From Leucoraja ocellata (taxonomy: Eukaryota): DNA of 64,000 nt. Under the pieces are notes generated by a model, which did not search any database, was not told the origin of the DNA, and was given only the letters and a program-made list of their open reading frames with translations. The stretch is from contig JAWMAR010000023.1 of assembly GCA_036785375.1 (NCBI GenBank), positions 5,022,001 to 5,086,000 on the forward strand. Direction: 5' to 3'. A program made the position numbers and the translations under genes. Positions 13,461 to 26,699 of the stretch are shown here, piece by piece (positions within the stretch are counted from its first letter, which is position 1; the number at the start of each line of letters is the position of its first letter).

Positions 13461-16400
13461 AACAAAGTGAACATCCCCAATTTCTTCTAATCTTTTTTAC
13501 GATAAATAACATTTAGCTCAAAAATTCAGAATGTTTTAAATGCATGGATCACATTACCCTTTAAATGAGCATAAAATTGATTAAATGTAATGGGAAACAG
13601 AAATGCTTCCATAATAATAAATTATTTGCATCGATGTCCCTTTCTTGGGAGTTTAATAAAATTTCTGCGTTTATTTAATTTAAATTACCTGCAGCACCAC
13701 AGTAAATAGACACATGTTCTATAGTTTAGCTGCTTACACTTTGACGAGGATGAATCTGGAGAGGAGCTGTTCTGCACTATAGTTTAAGATATTATTTTGA
13801 TTTTTCTTTGTCTGGTTGTACTGTATACTATACTGATGCTGAGTGCTTGAGTTTGTGAAGTGCTTTGTTTGACTGGATTTCCAGTTCCTGCCTTGCTGCT
13901 CCTGATGGCATGCAATTTGTACACTTATCCTATTTATAATGGCACTGATAGAGTTTGTTGCTGCTGAATGCAGCAACAAACTAGCTGGGTTCAGATTTTC
14001 CCACATTTCCTGTTCTCCATGTAAATGCGAGAAGATATAATTTATTTTGAGTTAATTTTCTTTTTGTTACAGTATTGATATAACATAACTGATTTGATAA
14101 TTTGTGTACGCTACATTCAAAACAAGATGTCTATTCACATAGATTTTGAAAAAAGCTTGAGAAATGTTAATTGTGTTGATGTTCCAGCAATGTTAATGGA
14201 CACTGTAGAGGGCAGCAGTCACTTAATGACAAAATTAACTTGCCATAATTCTCGTCCCCCTCTTCCTTCTTTCTCAGCACCTTTCTATCAGATGCTTAAA
14301 GGAAGTTTTGATGTAATATATTAATGTCACGCTACTCTTTTCTTCGAAAAGTCGATGGTCACAATTTCACCAGCATTTACTGTCAGTATTCAATTGCCTT
14401 GAACATGCAGTGGGTGGTCAGCTTCTTCCTTGAACTGTTGCATTCTCTGTGGGACAGTAGATTCAGGGTACTATTATGTGGCAACTTTTAAATTAGGTGA
14501 TGAGAAAGGATTGATAAAACATGGGATATTTTTACAGCCATTTCTAGACAAGTGGATGGCATTCTGGCTTGTGGCAAATGTTTGTTGTATGATATCAACG
14601 TTGCCCAAACGGGTCTTGTTACTGATTGGTGCTGTATAGGTAGTTAAATTATCTGTAGAATTATGCAGAGGTAAATTTGGTGCACTCTCCAGAAAATATT
14701 AAAACCTCTTCACAACCATCCCCTGCCAGAAGAGTCGAGTGGATGATACATTTTGGTCTCCTTCTGATGTTACTGTTGACACAAAATCTAGTTTTCAGCT
14801 AATTTGATTCACTCCACATGTCCAAGAATTGGATTGGATTCAGAAAAGCCTCCATGCTAACCTAACAATAGTGCTGAAGGTGGAGCAAAGGGTGAGAATA
14901 GGTGATCACAATTGAATAGAAACTCTATTACCATACATATACCTTGACTACAATAATTGATCAGAGATTGGATACCAGAGTGAGTGGGATACCATGTTAC
15001 AGCATTAGAGTTGTTGGGCTTGAAATGGTGAAGCTCAGGTTGACAGCATTCTAACTGGGATGCGGATTAGACCATAATTTTCTTCCAACTCTCTTCAATG
15101 TCATATATAGTGGATTAATATATCAAAACCAGTGCAAATGGTGGCCTCAGGAGGAAGCCAAGGAAGATAAAAAACGTTGTCACCTTTTAAAAGGTGACAA
15201 ATTTCTCAGCTTCGTCTTTTGCACTCGTCAATGATGACAAATTATCTTGATGGAGACATCATGGAGGCCTCGGATATTGTGCAATAATATGTAACAGGAT
15301 ATTAATTCAATACTTTGCTGTGGTATTGTTTAACTTTGACAGGAGCACTTTGCCTAACAATATTGCATTATTTTTGCCTAGTGATTAAATTAAACATTTT
15401 AAACAGGTTAAAATGATCTTTAATGCATGTCTATAAGCAGTATTTACCCAAGGACTGAGATCAACAGCCCCATGGAAAGACAGCTGTTGATCTATTGTTC
15501 CCATTCGGTGATCCCATACCATAGTCCTCCAGTGATAATAGAACTCAGATTGTTGTGAATTGGATGATAGTTATTTTCCTTATGATAGCTCCTCTGTAAA
15601 AAAATAAGACTTTGTATCGCTTGCTCATTTACAGGAGCGTACTTTTTTATCAGCCTTATTAATAATGAACATATTTGCATGTTATAGTACCCAGTCAACT
15701 TTAAACAGCTTTTATGTTGCAGCATCTCCTGTGGTACTGGTGGGGTTTGACAGCTAGCTGAATTTCCAAGAGTCAGCATCAAACTTGTAAAATGTAAGAG
15801 CACTTTTAATCTTGCATCAACATAAACAGTTGACCTAATACAATTGTCGGTTTGATTTGGGCTACATTTGATCACATTGGAATTTATAAGAGCCATAACC
15901 TTTTATTAAAATGGTTTTATCCCATGGAAGTTATCTTTAAGGAGTTCAATTTTAATAACTAATCCATATGGTAGTCTTAATAGATGATAGAAAATAATAC
16001 AGTAAATCTACCATCAACAGCTTGAAAAGAATAGACAGCAATTTATATTTTTAACAACTGCAATAAATACTAAAGGAAGCAAAAATGCCTTATCTCATTA
16101 AATCTGTAATCCTAAATTCATAAGTGGGACTAGTTCTGCATTGCGCCAGCCATTACTTGTTTATGTTGCATGATATTTTCAACCATCTTGAAAGGCGCAC
16201 CACCTACTGTGCTTTTACTGGAAGGCTGGACAATGCACACTTTCTACAAATGTGCTTTTTTTTTAGAGAGAATCAATGAAAATACTTTTTATTCCTTAGG
16301 ATCAAATTTTCTTTCACATTTTAAGTTTTAAACTCTTAAACAATGTTGCCCATTAAGTGGGTTTTTGCTGTATTCCCAATGTGTCTCCCTAGGGCTTAAG

Positions 16401-16699
16401 AACAGCTGCCGCTAGCAAGGAAAATTAGTCTGTGGTCGTAGTTTTCTGATTCTAATCAGCTGAATTGGAATTTTTCTGAACAATGGCCCTTTCAAATTCC
16501 TTTTGTGTGTTTGAATATGCAAACACTTCAGCTATAATCAGTCATGGTCATTCACTCTAGTTTAAACTGCTGCAGTTGTAAAACTTCCCACTGTTTAATT
16601 GGGCTAATGCTCTTTAATTATGTAAAATATTGTCAAAATCTGCCTGTATTGGTCTTGAAACAATTCAATGCATTAATCTCCAAAGCTCAATGGGTTCAG

Positions 16700-17150
16700 G
16701 AATACCAGAAAATAACTGTCCAAGAGAATAAATTCCTTCTCGCCTCATTCTTAAATGGGTAATCCCTTTTCCTAAAACTATGCCTCCTAATTACAGTCTC
16801 CCCTATGGTGGAGAGTGGGGTGGGGATGGGGGTATCCTCTCAGCATCTGCTCTTTTGTCCCCACAAATCTATTACATTTCAATCAGTTCAACCCTCATTT
16901 TTTCCAAACTCCTGTGAGCATCAGTCCAACCTGCTCAATCTTTGTAAAATCACCTTCTGAACCATTCCTTCAATTGCCACAAATGGAGACATAACTCTGC
17001 TCTAAGGCGCCCAACACTGTATGCAACAGTCTAGATGTGGATTCATCAATATCTTTGGAATAAAGACCAATGTTCAATTTGCCTCCTGAATAGCACGCTG
17101 CGTGTTAATTCTATGTGTTCTACGGACACCAATATCTCCCGAGCAGTTTT
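16700..17150 (-). mobile_element. Highly decayed CR1 fragment
   Basis: Degenerate reverse-strand match to the CR1 3' region (aaattccttctcgcctcattcttaaatggg...cccttttt). Confidence 0.5.
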
Positions 17151-19024
17151 TGGTGCTGGTGCAGAAAGGCTATTTTATAATAGGGTAATTATTTTATCTT
17201 TTTTTTACCTTGGCAAAGGAATGGTCATTGTTGGCCCTTAAAGGATGCAAATTCATTTTCAGCCAAAAATAGAGACGTAAATACATTTGTTCAGTTTACC
17301 GTTTCTACAGAAAATGAAGCTGACTTGTATGTACGTCAGGCAGTACAGTAACCAAGACGGTAATCTTGATCATCTGACTGGTATGCATTTTTAATTTATG
17401 TATTTAAGCAAAAAGAAGGCAAATTGTAGCCATGTTTGATAATTGGAATAGTTCTATTCTCTATATCTCTTTCATCAGCTTAAGGATTTGGAAAACTATG
17501 TATGAAATAAAATCAGTACCAAGCAATTCCAGGAAGAACAAAAGCTATTGTACTGCCTGAGGTCCAGCCTGTTTAATTATGTAAAATATGTACTATGTGA
17601 CATTTAATGCTTGTGCTAACTTGAAATATTTTCTTGCTGCTCTGCATTGTGCAAAGTAAGTTAGTGGTTTTCTTATTCTTGACCTCCGAACTATACAAAC
17701 ATCCTCTTTTTTGATTCATTGCTTTGTATCCTTCTCGGGGCTCTTACTATTTAGTTATGGGATTCGGTACTCAGAATCTGAAATAGAAAACTGAATCGGG
17801 TTTGAAAATCTGTTTTGAAGCGGAGTGAGGGAATCCTTGAGGCAGGGAGTCTTTGCATCCTGAAAGACTTTCCATACTACTGCAGTGTAGCCAGAAATAA
17901 CAGCTCAGCAGAGCAATTTAACATGCGAGATCGGCCGAACATCGGATACTCCTACAAAACATTTAAAATATCTTCCTTATTCCTGATGCATTTACAGCAT
18001 TTTCTGGAAATTATTTTTGGGACCTACAGTTTGCTCTAGATCTATTGGTAAGGAGTTTGTCATTTCAAAAGTACTGGAACCTTTGTAGCATGGGTTATCA
18101 TTTGATAAGGAATGATAAATCTGTCAACTACAGCCTTTGAGAGTGATTATGTGGTGTAAACCAGGGATATTGGCAGAGATCCAAAATAAGTTTTATCTGT
18201 TTGAAAATCATTTCCGTGTCATTTTTCTCCTCTAAATGTATTGATTTGTTATTGAGGGTTCCCTTTAGAATATTGCCTGTGGTAATTGGTGGTCTATGTG
18301 CTTAGATGCTGATCATCAGCAGGTCCCTTGATTTTTATTGAGCACATCACAACCAAGCCCAAACCCAGCCTCATTCTCCGCACAGATGTACATCTAACAC
18401 TTGTCGTTAAGAATGAGGAAATTGTTTTTAGATCCTATCCTGGCTCATCCACACAAATCACCCCTCCCCTCCTATCTAACCTCTACACCACCACACTATT
18501 CTCAGATTGTTTTCCTTTTACCATCCTTCTTGGTTATCCACTGCAACTTGAGCATTATGAAAAGACCTCATCTTTTTTACCAGTTTAAGTCTGTTTTCAT
18601 ATCCTAATACCATGGCTTAATTTGAAATCAGATTTACATTGATTTTTTTTTTCTTTGTTGTTTGCTGTCTTGAATAAATCTGAGTCTTCTACTCGCATGT
18701 TTCTCCATTTTTATTTTGTAAGTCAGTCCTCTAACAATAAGGATTGAACCCTTTATACTTTCCAGTACCATTTAAAACTATTTCCCAAATAACTTGGTCA
18801 CAAGTTTTCGATGCAGTACAGCAAAGCGTTCTAATCAAGGCAATAAAAATCATGTTTTTTTTTGTTTCTGATGACCAGTTTGCTGGATAAAGTGTGATAT
18901 TGCCATTGAAAAACTTCTGGAGGGAATAAGGATCTCTGGTATCACTTATTCCCTCCAGAAGTATGGAAACTACCTCCAATTCTATCCACACTATGTGATT
19001 GATTGGTCACGCAACAAGAATAAA

Positions 19025-19150
19025 TACTGGTGACTGCAGATGCTGGGATTTTGAGCAAAACACACAAAGCTGAAAGAAGTTGTGGGCCAAGCAGCATTTG
19101 GGGAGGAAATGGACAGATAACATTTTAGTCAGAACCCTTCGTCTGATTGA
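19025..19150 (-). mobile_element. Older PLE tail with degenerate hammerhead
   Basis: actgcagatgctgg...gcagcatttggggaggaaatggacagataacatttt...aacccttc, homologous to younger tails. Confidence 0.6.
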
Positions 19151-19164
19151 TTCAATCTGATGTT

Positions 19165-19597
19165 ATAGGATAAATATTGTTAAGCTTGAAAGGGTTCAGA
19201 AAGGATTTACGAGGATGTTGCCAGGACTAGAGGGTGTGAGCTATAGGCAGAGGTTGAGTAGGCTGGGTCTCTATTCCATGGAGCGCAGGAGGATGAGGGG
19301 TGATCTTATAGAGGTGTACAAAATCATGAGAGAAATAGATTGGGTAGATGCACAGTCTCTTACCCAGAGTAGGGGAATCGAGGACCAGAGGACATAGGTT
19401 CGAGGTGAAGGGGAAAAGATTTAATAGGAATCCAAAGGGTGACTTTTTCACACAAAGGGTAGTGGGTGTATGGAACGAGCTGCCAGAGGAGGTAGATGAG
19501 GCTGGGACTATCCCATTGTTTAAGAAACAGTTAGACAGGTATACGGGTAGGACATGTTTGGAGGGATATGGACCAAGCACAAGCAAGTGGGACTAGT
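19165..19597 (+). mobile_element. CR1 LINE 3' end
   Basis: MLPGLEGVSYRQRLSRLGLYSMERRRMRGDLIEVYKIM and SRTRGHRFEVKG..FFTQRVVGVWNELP. Confidence 0.95.
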
Positions 19598-20090
19598 GTT
19601 GTCAAAGTTTGTTTCTTAAAGCAGATAGCAACAAAAACTGTTTAAGGTAAACCATGGCAATCTTTAATTGATTTGTCAGATGGGAGTGGCAAGATCTACA
19701 GTCAGCACAAATGTTGCTTAGTGCTTCTCGGGCTCCACTCACAGAACAAAGGAAAGTTAGCACAATTATACATTTTTCTTATCAGTAAAACACTCCTACC
19801 AAGTGTGAATATGGCATGGCTGAAAGATTCTGCAGCCTTTCAGAATATAGGAAAGCTGGGTCCAAATCAAGCTCATCCAATAACATGTTATTACTTGTCT
19901 CTGGACGTTAGCTATTTTTTTTTTTAACCTGGTCTTCTTTATAGCCTTGAAAAGAAGCACATGTTATTACGCAGGCTGCCATCTTAATGTCGCCATTGAA
20001 AAGCCAACCTGTCCTCCATATTGTGTTCTTGCCAGTCGTATTGTCACAGATTATTTTGTGACACAGGACAAGAGAGTAAAATATCATAAA

Positions 20091-20294
20091 CACAAAGTGC
20101 TGGAGTAATCCAGTGGGTCAGGCAGCATCTCTGGAGAAAAAGGATAGCTGATGTTTCGGGCCTGGAAAAAGAAGTGTGCCAACCTAAAATGTCACATCCT
20201 TTTTCTCCAGAGATGCTGCCTGACCTGCTGAGTTTCTCCAGCATTTTGTGTCTATCTTTGATATAAACTATCATCTGCAGTTCTTTATTCCTAC
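20091..20294. mobile_element. Inverted pair of PLE tails (imperfect palindrome)
   Basis: cacaaagtgctggag...gatgtttcggg followed by the reverse-complement arm ...ctccagcattttgtgtctatc and an extension ending catctgcagttc. Confidence 0.85.
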
Positions 20295-21639
20295 AAGCAA
20301 AATATCCTGGAGCATTGATGTTCAGGTCTTTTTCAAATGGGTTATTTAGACAGTTGCAGCGGCTGGGGAGTTGGAATAAATGTCAAAGTGTTGTGATGGA
20401 TTGGTGACCCCTTACTTTTTTCATGTATTCATTTATCAATCTTTCCTTGTTCTGTTTTATTTCGTTAAATTATTCTGCCTGCAATATTTGGAGATTTACT
20501 TAAGATGAAGAGAATAGTTTTAAGCCTAGAGTCTGTAGGTGAAAACTGATGACATAACAGGTACTGTATATGAAAAGTTGTCCATGAAAATTACATTGTA
20601 CTGTTCCAATTGAATTTTAATCTCCTGCATCTGAAACTTTCTTTCAAGCCTTCAACATATTTAAGATATTTTATTATATGTGAACGAAAAATATATTAGG
20701 AATTTGAAAGACATGACAAATGACTGCTGACTTTTAGAAACAATAATTTAAAAAAAAATCCGCTTTTCTTTCTTTGAGCTTATTCTTTATTCCCCTTCTA
20801 AATCTAACACTGTTGCAAACGTGGTTTGTTCTGAAGTTTGTGGATTATTGAGTTTCGACTCAAAAATATAGATAAATTGTGCGTTTACAACAAAGTGTAA
20901 AATCAGCTCGGGTGAATTTCTCATAATCATTAAATGAATATTTAATGTTTATATTGGTTTTAGAAAAGTACCTCTTTTGCAGCACAAATTATTTGCATTT
21001 CTTAAGGGAAGTGAGTAATGCATTTGGTTGAAGTACTGCCCAAACTTCCACATAAGTTTGAGTGGTTGAAGCAAGTTCAATTAATCAATATTGAACAGAA
21101 ATTGCAATGTCTGAGCTTAGTTAACTAATCTCTCTGGAATAAGTTTCCGGAGATGACAATTTTGCCTCCAAATGGAAGGGTTGCATGTTTGAGGCTCACA
21201 GCAGAACATCACACGATCTGGGACATCACTTAAATTCTGAGAGATTGCTGCAATGTCAGATAAAGTATTAATCTGAAGTCATGAGGAACTAACATGATTT
21301 TTTTCCATTGCCTTGTCCAGATTTCGTCTCATTGAAAATACATTGTGGTTTGTCATTAACTTATCCCTTGTCGATATTAATGTGCACAAAATTTATTAAT
21401 GTTTGTCTGTTCTTGTGTTCAAAAATTATCTGGTCATGTAATACTTCGAGGCACCTGGGGATGACAAGAGTTATTAATTGTCATACCAAGCAACTGAACC
21501 ATGATATTCTTATTTGCAACAGCATGACAGGTCTGTAAACATTGTACTCATAGATAACATCATAAGAAATAGTTCAATAAGTTTAAAAAATATATATTAG
21601 TGCAAGTAAAGTTCCTAGAGCAACCAAGACGGTTCATAG

Positions 21640-23158
21640 TATAGTTGGTGTTTGTAGTGTTCAATAGCTTGATGGTTGTTGGGGAAAAAAGCTAATGCTG
21701 AGCTCGGAGGTCACGATTTTCAGACTCCGATAACTTCTTTCCAATAGCAGGAATGAATTAAGATCATGGCCATGGGGGTGTGGGTCCTTAATGACACTGT
21801 CTGCCCTTTTAAAGCAGTGCCTCCGATAGATCCATTTGATGGTGGGGTGAGTTCCCATACATAGAAAATAGGTGCAGGAGGAGGCCATTTGGCCCTTCGA
21901 GCCCGTACCGCCATTCATTCTGATCATGGCCGATCATCCACAATCAGTAACCCGTGTCTGCCTTCTCCCCATATCCCTTGATTCAGCTAGCCAATAGATC
22001 TCAATCTAACTCTCTTTTAAATCCATCCAGTGAATTGGCCTCTACTGCCTTCTGTGGCAGAGAATTCCACAAATTCACAACTCTCTGGGTGAAAATGTTT
22101 TTTCTCATCTCAGTTTTAAATGGCCTCCCTTTTATTCTTAAACTGTGGCCCCTGGTTCTGGACTCTCCCAACATTGGGAACATTTTTTCTGCATCTAGCT
22201 TGTTCAGTCCTTTTATAATTGTATATGTTTCAATAAGATCTCCTCTCATCCTTCTAAATTCCAGTGAATACAAGCCCAGTCTTTCCAATCTTTCCTCATA
22301 TGACAGTTCTGCCCTCCTGGGGATTAACCTCATGAACCTACGCTGCACTGCCACAATAGCAAGGAAAACGTTCCTCAAATTAGGAGACCAAAACTGGTCA
22401 CAATACTCCAGATGTGGTCTCACTGGGTCCCTGTACAACTGCAGAAGGACCTATTTACTCCTATATTCAAATCCTCTTGTTATGAAGGCCAACATTCCAT
22501 TAGCCTTCTTCACTGCCTGCTGTACCTGCATGTTTACTTTCAGTGACTGGTGTACAAGGACACCCAGTCTCATTGCACTTCCCTTTTTCCTAATGATGGT
22601 CTGGGTGGTTGAAAATTTTGAACATTTTCTTTGTTCCTGGGCATTCGAGTTGCCGAATCAAGCCATGATGCAACCAACTAATATGCTCTCTATTGTATAC
22701 CAATAGAAGTTCAATGAAGTATTTCTTGACATAACGCATCTCCTCAGTCTTCGAAGGAAGTGGAGACTTTGATGGGCTTTCTTGATGATTCCATCAATGT
22801 ACTGGGCCCAGGAGAGATCTTCGGTGATATGCATGTTCAGGAACTTGTAGTTGCTGACTCTCTCCAGCACTGACCCCACGTCAATGAAGACGGGTCGTGG
22901 GCCCTTGGCTCCCTCTTCTGAAGTCAACAATCAGCTTCTTGTTCTTACTGACATTGAGAGCAAGGTAGTTCTGTCACCATTCAATCAGATGATCAATCTC
23001 CCTCCTATACTGTGACTCATCATTACCTGTAATTCGTCCAATGATGGTAATATCGTCGGCAAATTAAAACATGAGTGAGTAGAGCAAGGGATTGAGCACA
23101 CAGCCCTGAGATGCCCCTGTGCTGATGGTTATTGAGGAGGAAGTGTTGTTGCCAATTC
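21640..23158 (-). mobile_element. Rex1/Babar-type LINE fragment split by a CR1 insertion
   Basis: ORF 22658..22930 reads ERVSNYKFLNMHITEDLSW..IIKKAHQSLHFLRRLRR..LNFYWYTIESILVGCI; the 3' part resumes at 21858 (RHCFKRADSVIKDPHPHGH). Confidence 0.88.
21859..22594 (-). mobile_element. Young CR1 LINE 3' fragment
   Basis: ORF 22001..22438 reads VRPHLEYCDQFWSP..RRMRGDLIETY..FTQRVVNLWNSLP, followed by the CR1 3' UTR. Confidence 0.95.
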
Positions 23159-23794
23159 AAGTTTTCACCAGTTTGTGTTGCAAATCAAGTTACAAAATGA
23201 AAATTAGTTTTCTGCAAGTTGGCATAATTGAATGGTTTCATTTCAGCCTAAAGGATGGCTTGTCTGGGAAATCAAATTGATACAGAGAAGGAGCAAGCAA
23301 TATTATTCAGTAATTAGAGAGGCAGTGCTGATCTAAATCTTTCAATGATTCCAGCAATCACCAATTTAAAGTTTATAAACTGCCCTTCTTTGTTACTCCC
23401 GTTGTATGCGTTGTACAACGTGTTTGTAGAATTGTTCACGTTTCGCAGTCGTATCGGACAGCACTAAATCAAATGAAGCAGCAGTGAATTACAACTGAAG
23501 AGATAACAGACATACATATAGATATACAAGGTTGAGAGAGTTGCACTAGTTGGGTGACATTTTGGTGCAGCGAGACGAGCTCTAGCTGACAGCTTCATCA
23601 AGCGAGGTTTGAACCTTGCCTCTTGTTGTCTGTCAACCTTCAGGATTATTTGGCAGCAGGTGTGCACTTATAAAACTCTCCCTTCTAATGTAACATAAAG
23701 AATGAACATATTGTAAATAGAAGGCTCTATTCATTTGTAAAATGTGAACATGAAGGAGAATTTCTTGCAGTTACTTTGTCAGGGACATTGCATT

Positions 23795-24269
23795 ATAGAA
23801 ACATAGAACATAGGTGCAGGAGGAGGCCATTCGGACTTTAGAACCAGCGCCGCCATTCATTGTGATAATGGCTGATTGTCCCAAATCAATAACCCGTGCC
23901 TGCCTTCTCCCCATATCCCTTGATTTCACTAGCCCTTGGAGCTCTATCTAACTCTCTCTTAAATCCATCCAGTGACTTGGCCTCCACTGCCCTCTGCGGC
24001 AGGGAATTCCACAAATTCACAACTCTCTGGGTGAAAAAGTATTTTCTCACCTCAGTCTTAAATGGCCTTCCCTTTATTCTAAGACTGTTGCCCCTGGTTC
24101 TAGACTCGCCCAACATTGGGAACATTTTTCCTGCATCTAGCTTGTCCAGTCCTTTTATAAGTTTATATGCTTCTATAAGATCCCCCTCATCCTTCTAAAT
24201 GCCAGTGAATACAAGCCTAGTCTTTTCAGTCTTTCCCCATATGACAGTCCTGCCATCCCATGGATCAAT
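23795..24269 (-). mobile_element. Young CR1 LINE 3' end
   Basis: ORF 23886..24125 reads FFTQRVVNLWNSLPQRAVEAKSLDGFKRELD; very similar to 21859-22330; short repeat tail. Confidence 0.95.
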
Positions 24270-26699
24270 TATGAAACAGAAAATGTTCTAAATGGTAAAT
24301 TATTGATTTTTTTACATCACACTTCTTATAACATTACTTATTTTTCTTTTTAGCAACAATAAAATGACATTTGTTATTCCTATCTATTATCTGGATGATG
24401 AGGTAGATGTTTTATAATTAATTAATGTGCCTTAATATTAATTGCATTATTTGTAATACCTAATCTCTGAGTGTGAGCAATAGAGGGCATTGAGATCTCT
24501 TTATTTGAATATTTAAAAATTAGTTTTGTGTTCAAATCCTCCCCTGGTTTTATCTACCCCCATCTTTTTAATTTTCAGTCCCACAACTATCCATTCTGAT
24601 CTGGGTGTCTTGGGCCTCATTTCTGTTCTGTTTGGGCTACGACTTTCTCTTTGATGAAGCATGTGGACCATTAATAACTTCATGTTTGGCTTAGTGTTAG
24701 TTCCCATCTTCGGTCTTTATATTCTTTCCTACATTTAAAGGCACTTCCCGTATTAGAGAAACTAATTTATACGTGATGTCCCAGATTGGCAAATGGTATT
24801 TACGTACCTTGTGATAATGCTTATTACCTCTCATGGAAACGCACGCAAATCTGTGTGTAAATTCAGTTAAGAAATGCTTCAATCTGCTTTTCACAAATGG
24901 TGCACTCACTGATATATTGTAATCAGACTCATGGAATATCAATTTAAAAAACCTGTACATCTAATTGGAGTGACAATCACTTGTAAGTGAATATATATCG
25001 TCCTAAAACTGCTTTATCCTCCAGTGTATATATTGCTGCCCTTGATGAATGCAAAGCTCAACTTCACTTTTCTCAGAACAAAATAAACCAACAATATTTA
25101 TTTTGATTAGTTTCAGTGAAATGTGGAAACTGCAGCTGCATACACATACATATAATAAAATAAATTGTACTTTTCTTCTGCCAAACTCCTAGTAAAAGAA
25201 GGATGATAGGCTGCTTACAGCATTATGGTTTGTTTTTCAAAACGTTTGCAATCTTATGGGCTCTTTAGATTTTCTTATCTCTTTGGTACAAATATAAGAA
25301 CTAATATTAAAAGTAAATTGGGCATGCTGCCGCAAAAGCTAATTTAAGATGAAATGTAGTGTTGACTCTCAATTGAAGCTTTCACGCATTGTATTTCATC
25401 ACACTGCAAGTGGCGACATCTCGTGCTGAATGCTTTGGTAGGTTATTTCCCTCATATTATACATGCATGAACATTGAGACTACTATTGTTGGTATTCAGA
25501 ACAACGCTTTTAAGTCGCACTTACGTAAGAAATTCGTTAAGATCAGTAGTTTCTGTAGCAGTACGCCACTGCCATCGCAAATGGCTGCTTCCCCAGACCA
25601 CTCGTCCATCTCGTGCATGCTCCCCCACCTGGTCTCTGCATTGAATAGCAAATGTACACGTGTGCAGTAGTCTTTCCATTTCCAACTTGCGTAACATGTG
25701 ACTTGCAGGATGGCCTGCATGATGTAACACTAATGTAAGTCGGGGACTGCCTTTATGTTAGTTCTGTGATCTCACTTGGGTTACATTACAATATTGATAG
25801 TGTTTTGTCCCGTATATATATATTTTATTTAACTGTGAGGAAGTAACTTTTGATTACAAGTAAATTCAGTTAGGTTTGTATACACTGTTTATCGCTTTTA
25901 AACTATTTTTACAATGCCTGTCAGAGTATAATGCAGCTCACAATGCTTCTGGTTTTATGCTCTACGGCTATAATTGATTGTGAAGTTGAAAGTCCTCCAT
26001 GCTGCATATTAACTGTTGAGCCATTGTACCAGAGTTTGGTCAGGTTACCAAACTGGTACAATGGCCACAAATGGACCAATGCCAAGGATTTAAGTGTTAA
26101 TGACCACAGCTATAAGTTGTTGGAATCAATGATTAGACCAAGAAACTAGTAACCTTTGATGGATGATGCAATAAATTGTGCAGTAGTAAGTGAACTGAAT
26201 TTGGATTTTATATTAGTATGGCTTTCCTTCATGTTGTACTCTTAGATGATGTGCTCACATATTCATGTAAATAATGCTGTAGTTAAATATGAAAATACTT
26301 TTTTCACTGACTATTGATTTGTTTGATATCCTCTTGAAATTGCTTTTTTGTTGTGGACACCCATGTCATGAACTTTCTTTTTCTGTAGTATGTTCTCATT
26401 CTGAACAATAACGGTTATCCACTTGCTACTTAATGTCCAGAAATGGTTAAGAAAATGTGAAACCGTTCTAAATTATCAGCTGGATAGCCCATTGATTTTG
26501 TAATCGTTAACCAAATGTGTTACATTTACAGACCAGTTCCAGCACAGAGATGGGCTGCCTGGTTCACGCCAGTATTTATGCTTGACATTTCCCTTTTCCA
26601 TTCCTCCTTTTCTAACCTCATCGATGTACCCAACTATTCCTTTCTCCTTCGTACTTATCTAACTTAACAGTGTACTGATTAATGCTGTTTATCTTAATG

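Noticed and set aside
21954-22706. 250-aa plus-strand ORF, the longest in the track
   Set aside because: It is the antisense reading of a CR1 fragment running into Rex1 sequence, not a host gene.
25500-25755. Tigger-like transposon end (gtaagtcggggactgcc)
   Set aside because: Only one plausible terminus found; too weak to delimit an element.
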